A program made the translations under genes and the position numbers. Of a DNA stretch of 40,788 nucleotides, positions 1 to 10,430 are shown in pieces. The stretch comes from Octopus bimaculoides. Its lineage: Eukaryota. The notes below the pieces were generated by a model. The model worked only from the letters and a program-made list of their open reading frames with translations, made no database searches and had not been told where the DNA came from. The stretch lies in contig NC_068988.1 of the NCBI RefSeq assembly GCF_001194135.2, forward strand, positions 42,943-83,730, given 5' to 3'. Positions within the stretch are counted from its first letter, which is position 1; the number at the start of each line of letters is the position of its first letter.

Positions 1-431
1 TCTCGGAAACTGAGCCACTAACTCAAAGACAAACCAGACCCAAGACCATGTTACCCGTTCCAGAGTATGGACCAGACAACCCAAGACGATCCAAGAGAAC
101 CCGTAAAACCCAAGAGAGACTTTGCTGTTGATACTTCTTGTGTAGCATCAATTTCAGTGGGGAGGTGTTATATGGACTGTTAGATATGTAATTCGTCTGA
201 CGTTCCGTGTGTCACTGTGGTTCGTCTGAGTTCATTGTTTCATTGTTGTTGTCTTGTGTGACTGTCGTAGTAAAATGTCATTGATATATATATGGCGGAC
301 ATGACTTTTGTTTATTCATAACGAACATTGGGTGAGTGCGTTCTTTGTATGTAATTGAATAATAAATGTAATAATTAAATTTGTATAACTCGTTGTGTTA
401 TCTCTGCGAGTCTTCCGAGGGAAATACAACA
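1..431 (+). mobile_element. 3' end of a Gypsy-type LTR retrotransposon (pol tail, polypurine tract, 3' LTR)
   Basis: Open frame 3-131 ends ...DNPRRSKRTRKTQERLCC*, an RRSxRxR integrase-tail motif. The polypurine tract agtggggagg is at 156-165. A 266-bp LTR at 166-431 is bounded by TGTT...AACA and contains AATAAA near 361. Confidence 0.75.
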
Positions 432-552
432 GTCTTCATCTTGTTTGTTGTTAACACCATGTTTTGGCTGATATACCCTCCAGCCTTCATCAGGTGCCTT
501 GGGGAAATTTCGAACCTGGCTTAACATTCCTAAGGTATTTTTTGATGTTGTT
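432..552 (-). mobile_element. Penelope-like pseudo-LTR fragment, copy 1 (inverted; interrupted by the LTR element)
   Basis: Reverse complement of 720-846. It carries ggcac-CTGATGA-aggctg..cagcc-aAAA-catg-gtgtt, a degenerate hammerhead core. Confidence 0.55.
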
Positions 553-553
553 G

Positions 554-608
<55 letters not shown>

Positions 609-719
609 TTTATTTTTATAACGTGCTTTCACTTCACTACCGAGCGCAGCTCTGTGTGCCTTGGGTATGTGCTGTGGTTTGCTGTGATACTCTTATGGTT
701 ACTGTATTGAAACATCGAA

Positions 720-893
720 CAACATCGAAAAATACCTTAGGGATGAGAACTCAGGCTCGAAATTTCCCCAAGACACCTGATGAAGGCTGGAGGGTATATC
801 AGCCGAAGCGTTGTGTTAACAACAAACAAATAAGGACAAATATCCGTCAAATGTAAATAATGTAAATAATGTACATAATTCCTCATCTCTTGT
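720..893 (+). mobile_element. Penelope-like pseudo-LTR fragment, copy 2
   Basis: gacac-CTGATGA(777-783)-a-ggctg/cagcc stem-GAAg-cgtt-gtgtt. This is the layout of PLE-type minimal hammerheads, with one core substitution. Confidence 0.55.
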
Positions 894-1382
894 NNNNNNN
901 NNNNNNNNNNNNNNNNNNNNNNNNNNNNNNNNNNNNNNNNNNNNNNNNNNNNNNNNNNNNNNNNNNNNNNNNNNNNNNNNNNNNNNNNNNNNNNNNNNNN
1001 NNNNNNNNNNNNNNNNNNNNNNNNNNNNNNNNNNNNNNNNNNNNNNNNNNNNNNNNNNNNNNNNNNNNNNNNNNNNNNNNNNNNNNNNNNNNNNNNNNNN
1101 NNNNNNNNNNNNNNNNNNNNNNNNNNNNNNNNNNNNNNNNNNNNNNNNNNNNNNNNNNNNNNNNNNNNNNNNNNNNNNNNNNNNNNNNNNNNNNNNNNNN
1201 NNNNNNNNNNNNNNNNNNNNNNNNNNNNNNNNNNNNNNNNNNNNNNNNNNNNNNNNNNNNNNNNNNNNNNNNNNNNNNNNNNNNNNNNNNNNNNNNNNNN
1301 NNNNNNNNNNNNNNNNNNNNNNNNNNNNNNNNNNNNNNNNNNNNNNNNNNNNNNNNNNNNNATATATATATATATATATACC

Positions 1383-1540
1383 ACGAGCTTCATTTAGTTT
1401 CTGTCTACCAAATTCACTCACAAGGCTTTGATTGGCCCGAGGTTATAGTAGAAGGCACTTGCCCAAGGTGCCACGCAGTGGACTGAACCTAGGACCTTGT
1501 GGTTGGGAAGCAAGCTTCTTACTAAACAGCCACACCTGCA
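1383..1540 (-). mobile_element. tRNA-derived SINE head (family A, CORE-like segment)
   Basis: Reverse of gtggctgt..gtaagaagcttgcttcccaacc..ggttca.tcc..tgcgtggcaccttgggcaagtg, with A/B-box-like motifs. It recurs many times in the window. Confidence 0.8.
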
Positions 1541-1602
1541 TATCATGAATATTAATATGTCTCCTCGTCTAAGTAAAATACAGACATCCCCCCACTCTTA
1601 AC

Positions 1603-1781
1603 GGAAGGCATTGCGTTCCAGAAAATCTTGCCGTAACTGGAGTCCCGTAACTCAAAACGTATTTTTTACTGTTTTGCTATATTCATTGATATCCATGTAG
1701 CATTGAAGTAAATAGTAAAACAAGTTTCGCGTTACGCAGCTCCACACTTAACAGCAAGATTTTCAGAAACGCAATGCTTCC
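1603..1781. mobile_element. Foldback/MITE-like element
   Basis: Terminal arms ggaaggcattgcgttccagaaaatcttgccg and cagcaagattttcagaaacgcaatgcttcc are reverse complements, with further imperfect inner pairing and TA-rich flanks. Confidence 0.65.
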
Positions 1782-2191
1782 ATAATGCGGCGATGCTTGT
1801 ATTTAAATAGACGTAGCCAGGATTTCGACCGGGGTTGGGGATAAGATTTCAGTTGTTAGAATGAATCTGATCCGCCAATTAACCACTCAATTAGCAGAAA
1901 GAACACAGAATCAAAATAAAATAATGACATTTGCGTCTGCATGCATGGAAGAGCGTTCGCTCGCCTGAACCCGTCGACCTCGCCCTCGTATCGCAGCCTC
2001 CAAATATAGGTCAAGGGCTGAGCCGGTCCTTCTCTAAGTAATAAACCAGAAATGCTTAACTGAAATTAATCAACGTCTTGAAAGTCTAAACTAAATGAAA
2101 GACGACAAACAACAGCAACGACATTCAACACGATTGAGACGGAATAACAACAACAGCTTCAACGACACCACGTAGATCTATTTTTTTTATC

Positions 2192-2555
2192 GTGGAGGCG
2201 CAATAGCCCAGTGGTTAGGGCAGCGGACTCGCAGTCGTAGGATCGCTGTTTCGATTCCCAGACCGGACGTTGTGAGTGTTTATTGACTGAAAACACCTAA
2301 AGCTCTACGAGGCTTCGGCGAACCCTGCTGTACTCTTTCACCACAACTTTCTCTCACTCATTGTTTCTGCTGTATCTGTATTTCAAAGGGACCAGCCTTA
2401 TCACACTCTGTGTCACGCTGAATCTCCCCGAGAACTACATTAAGAGTACACGTGTCTGCGGTGTGCTCAGCCACTTGCACGTTAATTTCACGAGCTGGTT
2501 GTTCCGTTGATGGGATCAACTGGAGCCCTCGTCGTCGTAAACGACGAAGTGCCGC
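2192..2555 (+). mobile_element. tRNA-derived SINE (family B)
   Basis: Head ggcgcaatagcccagtggttagggcagcggactcgc...ttcgattccc has A and B boxes. The body is shared with 14135-14400 (gagaactacatt..cacgtgtctg..cacgttaatttc..gctgttccgttg). Confidence 0.75.
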
Positions 2556-2579
2556 GATTCTTTTATCATAATTCTTCTA

Positions 2580-2775
2580 TTCTTTTACTTGTTTCAGTCA
2601 TCTGACCGCGGCCATGCTAGAGCACCGCCTTTAGTCGAACAAAGACTTATTCTTTGTAAGTTTTGTACTTATTCTATCGGTCTCTTTTTGCTGAACCGCT
2701 AAGCTACGGGGACGTAGACACAGCAACATCAGTTGTCAAGCGATGGCGGGGGGACAAACACAGACACAAGCACAC
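2580..2775 (-). mobile_element. SINE 3' module (family C)
   Basis: tttcagtcatctgaccgcggccatgctagagcaccgcc...gtacttattctatcggtctc...ttgtcaagcg is repeated at least 8 times in the window. Confidence 0.8.
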
Positions 2776-3820
2776 AAATATATTTCCTCCCTCGATTGAA
2801 ATTCCTCTCGTTTAAGAATCCTTTGAAATAGAATATAATTTCAAACAGTTTTGACTGCTATTTGTATGTAACAAATCATGCAACCAGGCAGTGATTTCCT
2901 TGTTTGCTTCGTAAATGAATTGTAAGTAGTTATTGCTAATGTTATTTAACCCCAGGTCAGTCCTGATCCAGGCACATGTATTATCATGTTAGTTAACCAT
3001 GAACAAAGTTCTTACGTTGTCTTGTGTATCCTTTCTTATTTTAGACAGTAGAGTATGGTTTGAGAAAGAGATTTGGTTGCTATTTCTAACATACCGTGCG
3101 ACTGCACAGTATCTTTTCTTGGCACTTATTTGAAGTTTCTAATTTGCTTTGCTTCATCTGGAAGTCAGTAAGTACAAACAGCTACGTTATTCAACAACGA
3201 TATTATTTTTCGGTTAATTTAGAGAAATCAACACAGAAATGACACAAAACATATATGTACACTCACGCTAACAACAAAAATGTTCAGAGCCACGAACTGG
3301 CATCTACATCCACGATTTAAAATCATTAGAATGAAGCTGCTGTGAAACGAAACGAGATATGTGTAATATCGTAAGTGTTTGCACAGTGGGTGCGCCCTCT
3401 GTGGGAGGGAAATGTGAAAGATTTATTATTTCTATGAAAAGAATAATTAGATCCAGATCTCTAAGCTTCCGATTATGTTTCGCCAACGGCAATTTCTGTT
3501 CCGGATCTACTCGTTGTCTGCATTATATTACGTATGGTTATTGATACTGTAAACTGTATGAGCGGAAACGCACCACGTGATCACAAACCTTAGCAACGTG
3601 CGTTGGTTTGAGGAATCATTTAAGCGTAGGCCTACCACAGAGGCATGGCCTTGTCTTCTGGTGAGTTTCGAAAGTTTACTTCACAACCAAGAGGTTCCGC
3701 GTTCAATCCAACTATATTCTTTTAAGATAAGTAAGTAAGATTCTGTGATTGGAATTTCGGTAGGCAAACTGCGCAGAGAGACCTGAATACGCACGCACGC
3801 ACACACACGTGTGTGTGTGT

Positions 3821-4798
3821 GATTGTTCAGTTTTATTTTAAGATTTCTTGCCAAAAGAAAAAGAGCCGGTTTCTAAACTAGCTCCAAGGCGCCTTCATTG
3901 GAATTTCAACAATATCAACAGGGTATTTTTGTTTGTTTGTACGTACGTATGTATGTATGTATGTATGTATGTATGTATGTATGTATATTTGTATGTATGT
4001 ATATTTGTATGTATGTATACTGTTCAGATTTGTATGGTTTGCTTTATGTATGTATTCTCATGCATATAGTTGCATATCTAGACATGCTCATATGATAAAC
4101 TTCTGGAAAGTTTTACAGATTTTTACAGTTCCAGTGATGGATTGGATCTGTAGTCTTCGAATTAGCTTTCTCCTTTCTGGTTTTGAGAAGCCTAATTTCT
4201 CAAGATTGGTATTTAGGCAGTGTGTTACATATCCCAGGGTCCCAATAATTACAGATATAAACTTGAATTTNNNNNNNNNNNNNNNNNNNNNNNNNNNNNN
4301 NNNNNNNNNNNNNNNNNNNNNNNNNNNNNNNNNNNNNNNNNNNNNNNNNNNNNNNNNNNNNNNNNNNNNNNNNNNNNNNNNNNNNNNNNNNNNNNNNNNN
4401 NNNNNNNNNNNNNNNNNNNNNNNNNNNNNNNNNNNNNNNNNNNNNNNNNNNNNNNNNNNNNNNNNNNNNNNNNNNNNNNNNNNNNNNNNNNNNNNNNNNN
4501 NNNNNNNNNNNNNNNNNNNNNNNNNNNNNNNNNNNNNNNNNNNNNNNNNNNNNNNNNNNNNNNNNNNNNNNNNNNNNNNNNNNNNNNNNNNNNNNNNNNN
4601 NNNNNNNNNNNNNNNNNNNNNNNNNNNNNNNNNNNNNNNNNNNNNNNNNNNNNNNNNNNNNNNNNNNNNNNNNNNNNNNNNNNNNNNNNNNNNNNNNNNT
4701 GAATGATATCTTCGGTGTGAACTCCACAAAGTCTGCATCGTCTGTCACATTTTACGGCTTTTCCTGCATCTCTGTCCCTTTTGTGCATCAGGTACTTG
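3821..4798 (-). mobile_element. 5'-truncated R4/Dong-like RLE non-LTR retrotransposon (spans an N gap)
   Basis: Before the gap: KYLMHKRDRDAGKAVKCDRRCRLCGVHTEDII (start of the CCHC knuckle). After the gap: KFKFISVIIGTLGYVTHCLNTNLEKLGFSKPERRKLIRRLQIQSITGTVKICKTFQKFII* (RLE C-terminus, stop at 4088-4090). The 3' boundary is either about 4020 or about 3821. Confidence 0.75.
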
Positions 4799-5043
4799 TA
4801 TGTATGTATGTACGTATGTATGTATGTATATATGCTTGTATGTATGTATGAATGTATGTATGTACGTATGTATGCATGTATGTATGTATGTATGTATGTA
4901 TGTACGTACGTACGTATGTATGTATGTATGAATGTATGTATGTACGTATGTATGTATGTATGTATGTACGTATGTATGTATGTATGTATGTAGACGTGTT
5001 TGTGTATGCATACATACACGTTTGAGCGCGCACGCTCATACAT

Positions 5044-5085
<42 letters not shown>
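4797..5085. repeat. (TATG)n and (TG)n microsatellites
   Basis: Direct reading; similar arrays at 3940-4020, 11978-12030, 12230-12332, 15530-15783, 20700-20960 and 21300-21705. Confidence 0.95.
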
Positions 5086-5089
<4 letters not shown>

Positions 5090-5213
5090 CAAGAGTTGAA
5101 CAGAAAGAACACAAGGAGATAACACAGCAAGCAGAAATCCAACGGAAAACAACAAACGGACTTCCGCTTGCTGTGTTTTCTCCTTGTGTTCTTTCTGTTC
5201 AACCTTTGATTCA
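5085..5213. other. Long inverted repeat (about 54-bp arms, about 17-nt loop)
   Basis: aatcaagagttgaacagaaagaacacaaggagataacacagcaagcagaaatcc pairs with ggacttccgcttgctgtgttttctccttgtgttctttctgttcaacctttgatt, with about 5 mismatches. Confidence 0.9.
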
Positions 5214-6214
5214 TCTATGCGGCTCACCGTACAGCCTGTTGCTTACTTTATATATATATATATGGTGTGTCATAAAAATTTATGTTCGTTAGCATGAGGT
5301 AAATATCGTCAAAAACAATTTTTAACGTCCTTGTTTAAAATCGATCGTAGCCTCGACCACCGAACACAAATGCATTTTTAGTAGAAAGTGGGTTATACAT
5401 CTTTAGATTGTATACCTGACTTTCTACTATAAAATTAAAGAAATAGACGGAACGCTGAACTCCAGACTAAACAACTCAAACAACATTTATTTAGGTGATA
5501 AACATACATATCTTTTAGTTATACATCTTTAGAGGTGAGAATAACGAGCTGTCGAGTATAAGACCGAAAGATGTAGAGACAGCTTTAAACACACGTCCTT
5601 GCTCAATCGCTGGCCAGCGTGAAAGAGAATGAATTGAGCGGGAAACGCTTGCTTTATTAATTCTACGCATGCGTAAGACTACGCATGCGCAGGCGTTACT
5701 ACACATTCTCTGCGACCGTATCTTGTTTCATTTCGAAAGGTTGGAAGGTGCTGATTGAAATGTCGGAGGTAAAACCAGTTGTAATTATAAAACTGCTATT
5801 ATTCAACACGGTTATCCGTCGAACAAGTCAGAATCTGCTAATGCTCATTTGCCTATTTCCTTTTCAAGAGGCGAACCCCACAACAACTACGGATGGATTT
5901 ATTTTGTCTGTCAGTTATTTGTCTGTCCGCCAGAGAATGTAATCTCTCTTGTGCCATTCTTGACCGAAAATCGTTTTACTAAGAATATATATTCATTCAG
6001 CCATGACAAATGTTGTTGGAAATTCCAGTAAAATTTGGCAAATTTTACAAATCTCTGATTGTAGTGAAATGATTTGGTACATTAACCATTTAACGACAAC
6101 AAGTGGTCTCTCTCTCTTAGAAACTTAAACGCCAGAAGTTGAGACACCATCCATCCAACCATTTTCTCTGTCCACTATTTTTGGGTGGAGGTCGTGGGAG
6201 AAGAGTCCTCAAGC

Positions 6215-6360
6215 CACTAGCATAGCTAGAGTGTGTGCCGGCCGGGGCGGCCCTTTCGTTTGCCGCCCCCGGACCCCACAAAAAGCACAAGCAGACCCAA
6301 AAGTGGTGCCTCTTTAAAAGTGCCGCCCGGGGCGGACCGCCCCCATCAGCTACGCTAGTG
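6215..6360. mobile_element. GC-rich MITE (Harbinger-like termini)
   Basis: Terminal inverted repeats (TIRs) cactagcatagct / agctacgctagtg (12/13 match) with internal gccgcccggggcgg motifs. A degenerate relative starts cagtggcgtagg at 9945. Confidence 0.6.
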
Positions 6361-7986
6361 CCTCGGGCACCTCCTCCATAAGATCTTACCAGAAGCAACA
6401 GCCATTACATTTTCGAACTGGATTCCCAAGCATGACCAACTGAGACTATGGACATCATCTAACCATCTCCCTCACGGTTCACCCCCAAGTCTCCAGCCAG
6501 TTGGCTCGGCTTGAAGAATCTGTTTTCTGGTTCTTTTCAACGACATCTTTTCCAATCACTTGTCTGTAGTATCAGAGCTGTGTCTTCTCAATGCGAAACT
6601 GCCAAACAATTAATGTTTATGTCATCAACGTATTTTGCCATAAAAAAAAGTGAATTTCCGTTTGAGTGTTTCCTTTGTTGGTCATCTTTAGAAAGAATAT
6701 CCCCGACCTTGAGCATACTTTGTAGCTAATACACCAGAACCTGATAAAGGTGTTAATCGACTGCAAAGATTACCATGTCTATGACTTCAAAAGGTTCTCA
6801 TGGTTCTAATAATGGTCTCATGCTCAGTAGCGTAGTTGGTGGAGCCAGGCGATCGATCTATGCCAGATTACGCTTTCATGGGGACGATATCTTTGGGTCC
6901 GTTCGCTGTATAAGCTTGAATTTGAGGCGGGTGGGGGCAACAGACTCAAGAATAACTGTCCGTGCTGTTGACGGAAACGAACTTTCTTCCAATTCCTTTT
7001 GACACTTTGTCGATTTCATTGTAAAAGTGGTTTTGAAGCAAAATAGCATTTCTGCCTTCCGTCCTGTCACACTAATGGACCTTAAATACACCAATTTCTT
7101 CATTCGAAGGTAGGGTTCTTGGGTAATGGTCACTGTTATTCTCTCTCCTTTTCCGACTGATGTAGTTTTCTTCTAAACTGGAGAAGTTCAAAAGACCGCG
7201 CAACCCAGCACTTAACGAAATTTGGTTGCATTAGCACGTTCTGAAAAAAGAAATGTCGCTCAGCATGTATGGCTGTTATCTCATACATCAGGTGACAGTT
7301 TAATGTATTTATTTGGACCAATCACAGAGCAGTACACGTGCAATCACTTTGTTTATATAAAACCAAATTCAAAAGAATCACTGTCTTTCCACCAACACTT
7401 GACAGCCAAGAGCAAGCTGTTTCACTCAATGTACTTAGCCCTTGGGCTTCTCCTCGACAGAAAGTAATAACCTGTCACTACACATTATACAGAATGAAAG
7501 AGTGATGCCGGTTGAAATCATTTCGCTGCAATATGTATTTCACTAGCTGCAAACATGTACGTTCATTTTCTTATCCGTATTTTCCTCAACTACATTTTGT
7601 CGTTCATGCTACACGCAGATCGCGATATAAACTTCAATTCATGGACGTATACGAAATGCTATTTCTATAACATGTGCACCGCTCCATTCATTTCACAAAC
7701 ACGAACATATGTATACTCTATCTTCTATAATACACAAATCACTCAGCTGACCTAACTAACACGAACATATCTAGTTCACATTCCTTCAGCACATTTTATT
7801 CAAAGCTTGTAATTTGAAACGTGTTATTTTTCTCTGCTTGAACAACTGTCCATTTTAAAATCTGTACTTCACAACATTTGTATGAACACGTGTTGTGTAA
7901 CTACTCTGAGCCTTTGAGTTCTAATTCTGTTTAGACACTTAGACCAAAAGAGGTCGACACAACTGGTGGCACGAATAAAAATAAAC

Positions 7987-8034
<48 letters not shown>

Positions 8035-9644
8035 NNNNNNNNNNNNNNNNNNNNNNNNNNNNNNNNNNNNNNNNNNNNNNNNNNNNNNNNNNNNNNNNNN
8101 NNNNNNNNNNNNNNNNNNNNNNNNNNNNNNNNNNNNNNNNNNNNNNNNNNNNNNNNNNNNNNNNNNNNNNNNNNNNNNNNNNNNNNNNNNNNNNNNNNNN
8201 NNNNNNNATTGTTGTTATCTGCACCGATTCTTTATTTACTACATATGTTTATACAACCATAAACCATAAAAGATAAACGGAAAGAATGCCGCGTCACGAC
8301 CATCACCATCGCAGAAACCTCATTCTGATTTTTTGGTATGAAGTGGGATGTTTTCTCGTGCGTATAGCAGCAGGACCGTTCTAGATAAGTGAGCAATATT
8401 GTAAGGTGGGTCACGTTTTTTTAGCTTTGCAAGTAAGTCAGCAGTGAATTAATGGTTTTTCTGACTTAATAAAGACGAAATAAATTTTTAGGGGTACACT
8501 TTTGACAATGAATCATAGATTGGGTTATAGCCTTAAAAGAGCATCAGAGACGGTGACGTTTTGCATTTATTTGAAGGGTTTAGCTGTTGTTTAGTATCAA
8601 ACCAGCTATCTTATCTAGTAGAACTATGAAGGAAACATCCCAACCATGGCATGCACATCTTATTTTCATACGATGTTTACAAGATTACATTTGCCAATGT
8701 CTTTTCAGACATGTTTAGATGGTGTGTTTGAATCATGGCTGTGGAGCCATCTGATATGACTCTATTCAGAAGGCTGTAATATCATTTGACAGGAACGCAG
8801 TATAAAGAAATACATGGAACAAGGTGGTAACTTTAAATACTTTTAATGTGGCCTAACGTATATATACAAGCTGAATGATAAATGGAAATGGTTTGATGCG
8901 TGGAGGCCACGATCTTCTCCTCTACGTTGCCTCCTGTCTGCTAGCTGACGTGTGGTGTGCCAGAGCCAACTAGATCACGTCTTTGCTCTACGACGTCAAG
9001 ATGCCAAAAGACGAAGAGGTGAGGCTCTGGACCTTAATGTTGCGTATGCCCTCAATTGACCAACTAATTAGGCAGCCGTCGTCGGGGGAGGTAACTGCTC
9101 CTACACATTATACCTAGGACTATATTATCTAACGTGTTTTTCCTTTTTTTAATATGATACGGTCGGGTTTGAGAATAATAAGAATTTAGACTTATATTTC
9201 TAGCCAGTAGGTCGGCCACGTAGACACCTTACCGTCAATATTATATCATAACATAACACAGACACACAATATTTGAATAGTTATGGAAATGTATATTTAT
9301 AAATTGTGTACGGAGAAATAAATATAGAAAACAATTTTCTCCCGCATTTTATTTGGTGTGTATTTGTTCTCAAAACATTGCGTCCTTGATCAAGATAAAA
9401 CAGTTAATTAATTAAAATAATGGGTATCAAAAACGACGGAAGCAAAGAGCGGAAATTATATGACGGAAGTGACAGAATAATTCAGTTAAAACTAAATAAT
9501 GTTTACTACTCTTGCAATGTCTTTTACTGTCTAGCTTCATTTTTTTTATTCCTTTTTGTCTGTGTTTCTAAAAACCAAACATCAATCTCCGAAATTAGAT
9601 TTGCTTTGAGAAGGGATGGTATTTATTGAAATAATTCTTTTGCT

Positions 9645-9840
9645 GTAGGCACAAGACCCGGCATTTTGAGGGAGAGAATTAGTCAATTACATCGACCCCG
9701 GTGCTCGACTGGAGCTTATTTTATCGATTCCGAAAGAACTAATGTCAAAGTCGACTTCAGAGGAATTTGAATTCAGAGCGTAAAGAAACGCCGCAAAGCA
9801 TTTTATCCGGTGTGCTAACGTGTTTGTCAGCTCACCGCTG
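9645..9840 (-). mobile_element. tRNA-derived SINE (family D, Meta-like central domain)
   Basis: Reverse of ..gttagcac..aaatgc..gagttcaaattc..gtcgactttgcctttcatcctttcggggtcgataaaataagtaccag..ggggtcgatgtaatcgac. The central motif resembles the MetaSINE domain as I recall it. Confidence 0.75.
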
Positions 9841-10261
9841 TTGTTATTTATTGAAATAATCTTTTCTACTAAAAGTAAAAATTGCTGGCTTTGTGCCAAA
9901 ATTTGAGACCAATTTACTGGTGATTGTATAGCTTAACTACTAAGCAGTGGCGTAGGTGGAGTGTGCTGTCCGAGGCAACTCCTGAATTTGCCGCTGTGGA
10001 CCCCGATAGGCTTACGCAGCAGACTCAAAAGTATCGTTCCTATAAAAGTGTCACCCGAGGTGGAGTGCATCCCTTCACCATCACCATCACCACTACCACT
10101 ACTACTAATTAGCCATCCTCACTAATTATTGTAATGGCTTTTAATTTAGGAACAAGACCAGATAAACTAAGTACCGGTTGCGTACTAGGGGCGATCTAAT
10201 CGACTGCCCCCCCCTCAAAAAAAAGAAGAAAATTTCGGGCCTTGTGCCTAGAGTAGAAAAG

Positions 10262-10430
10262 AATCGTTAGCACGCTGGACAAAATGCTAAGCGGTATTTC
10301 GCCCGTCGCTGCGTTTTGAGTTCAAATTCCGTCACGGTCGCCTTTGCCTTTCATCCTTTCGGAGTGGATAACTTAAGTACCAGTGAAACACTGGGGTCAA
10401 TGAAATCAACTTATCCCCCTCCTCCAGTTT
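10262..10430 (+). mobile_element. Family D SINE
   Basis: aatcgttagcacgctggacaaaatgc...gagttcaaattcc...gcctttcatcctttcgg...aagtaccag. Confidence 0.75.

Noticed and set aside
737-1486. Long ORFs containing X runs (also at 4088-5043, 12121-13285, 15455-16881, 18081-18858 and 35511-35896)
   Set aside because: They are open only because N gaps contain no stops; they are not evidence of coding.
1997-2012. CArG/SRF box ccaaatatagg
   Set aside because: It has seven W bases rather than six, and there is no supporting context.
2192-2270. tRNA genes at SINE heads (also 31450-31520)
   Set aside because: They have A/B boxes but no complete cloverleaf, and each continues into a SINE body.
3560-3605. E-box and RFX-like motifs (cacgtg, ttagcaac) as a promoter
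   Set aside because: Short motifs expected by chance, adjacent to a degenerate SINE head.
3855-3910. Hammerhead-like motif in the R4-like 3' UTR (caatgaa..gaaaccggctc, minus strand)
   Set aside because: The core reads CAAUGA rather than CUGANGA, and there is no convincing stem I.
6610-6640. KYVDD resembling an RT catalytic motif
   Set aside because: It is isolated, with no flanking RT motifs in any frame.
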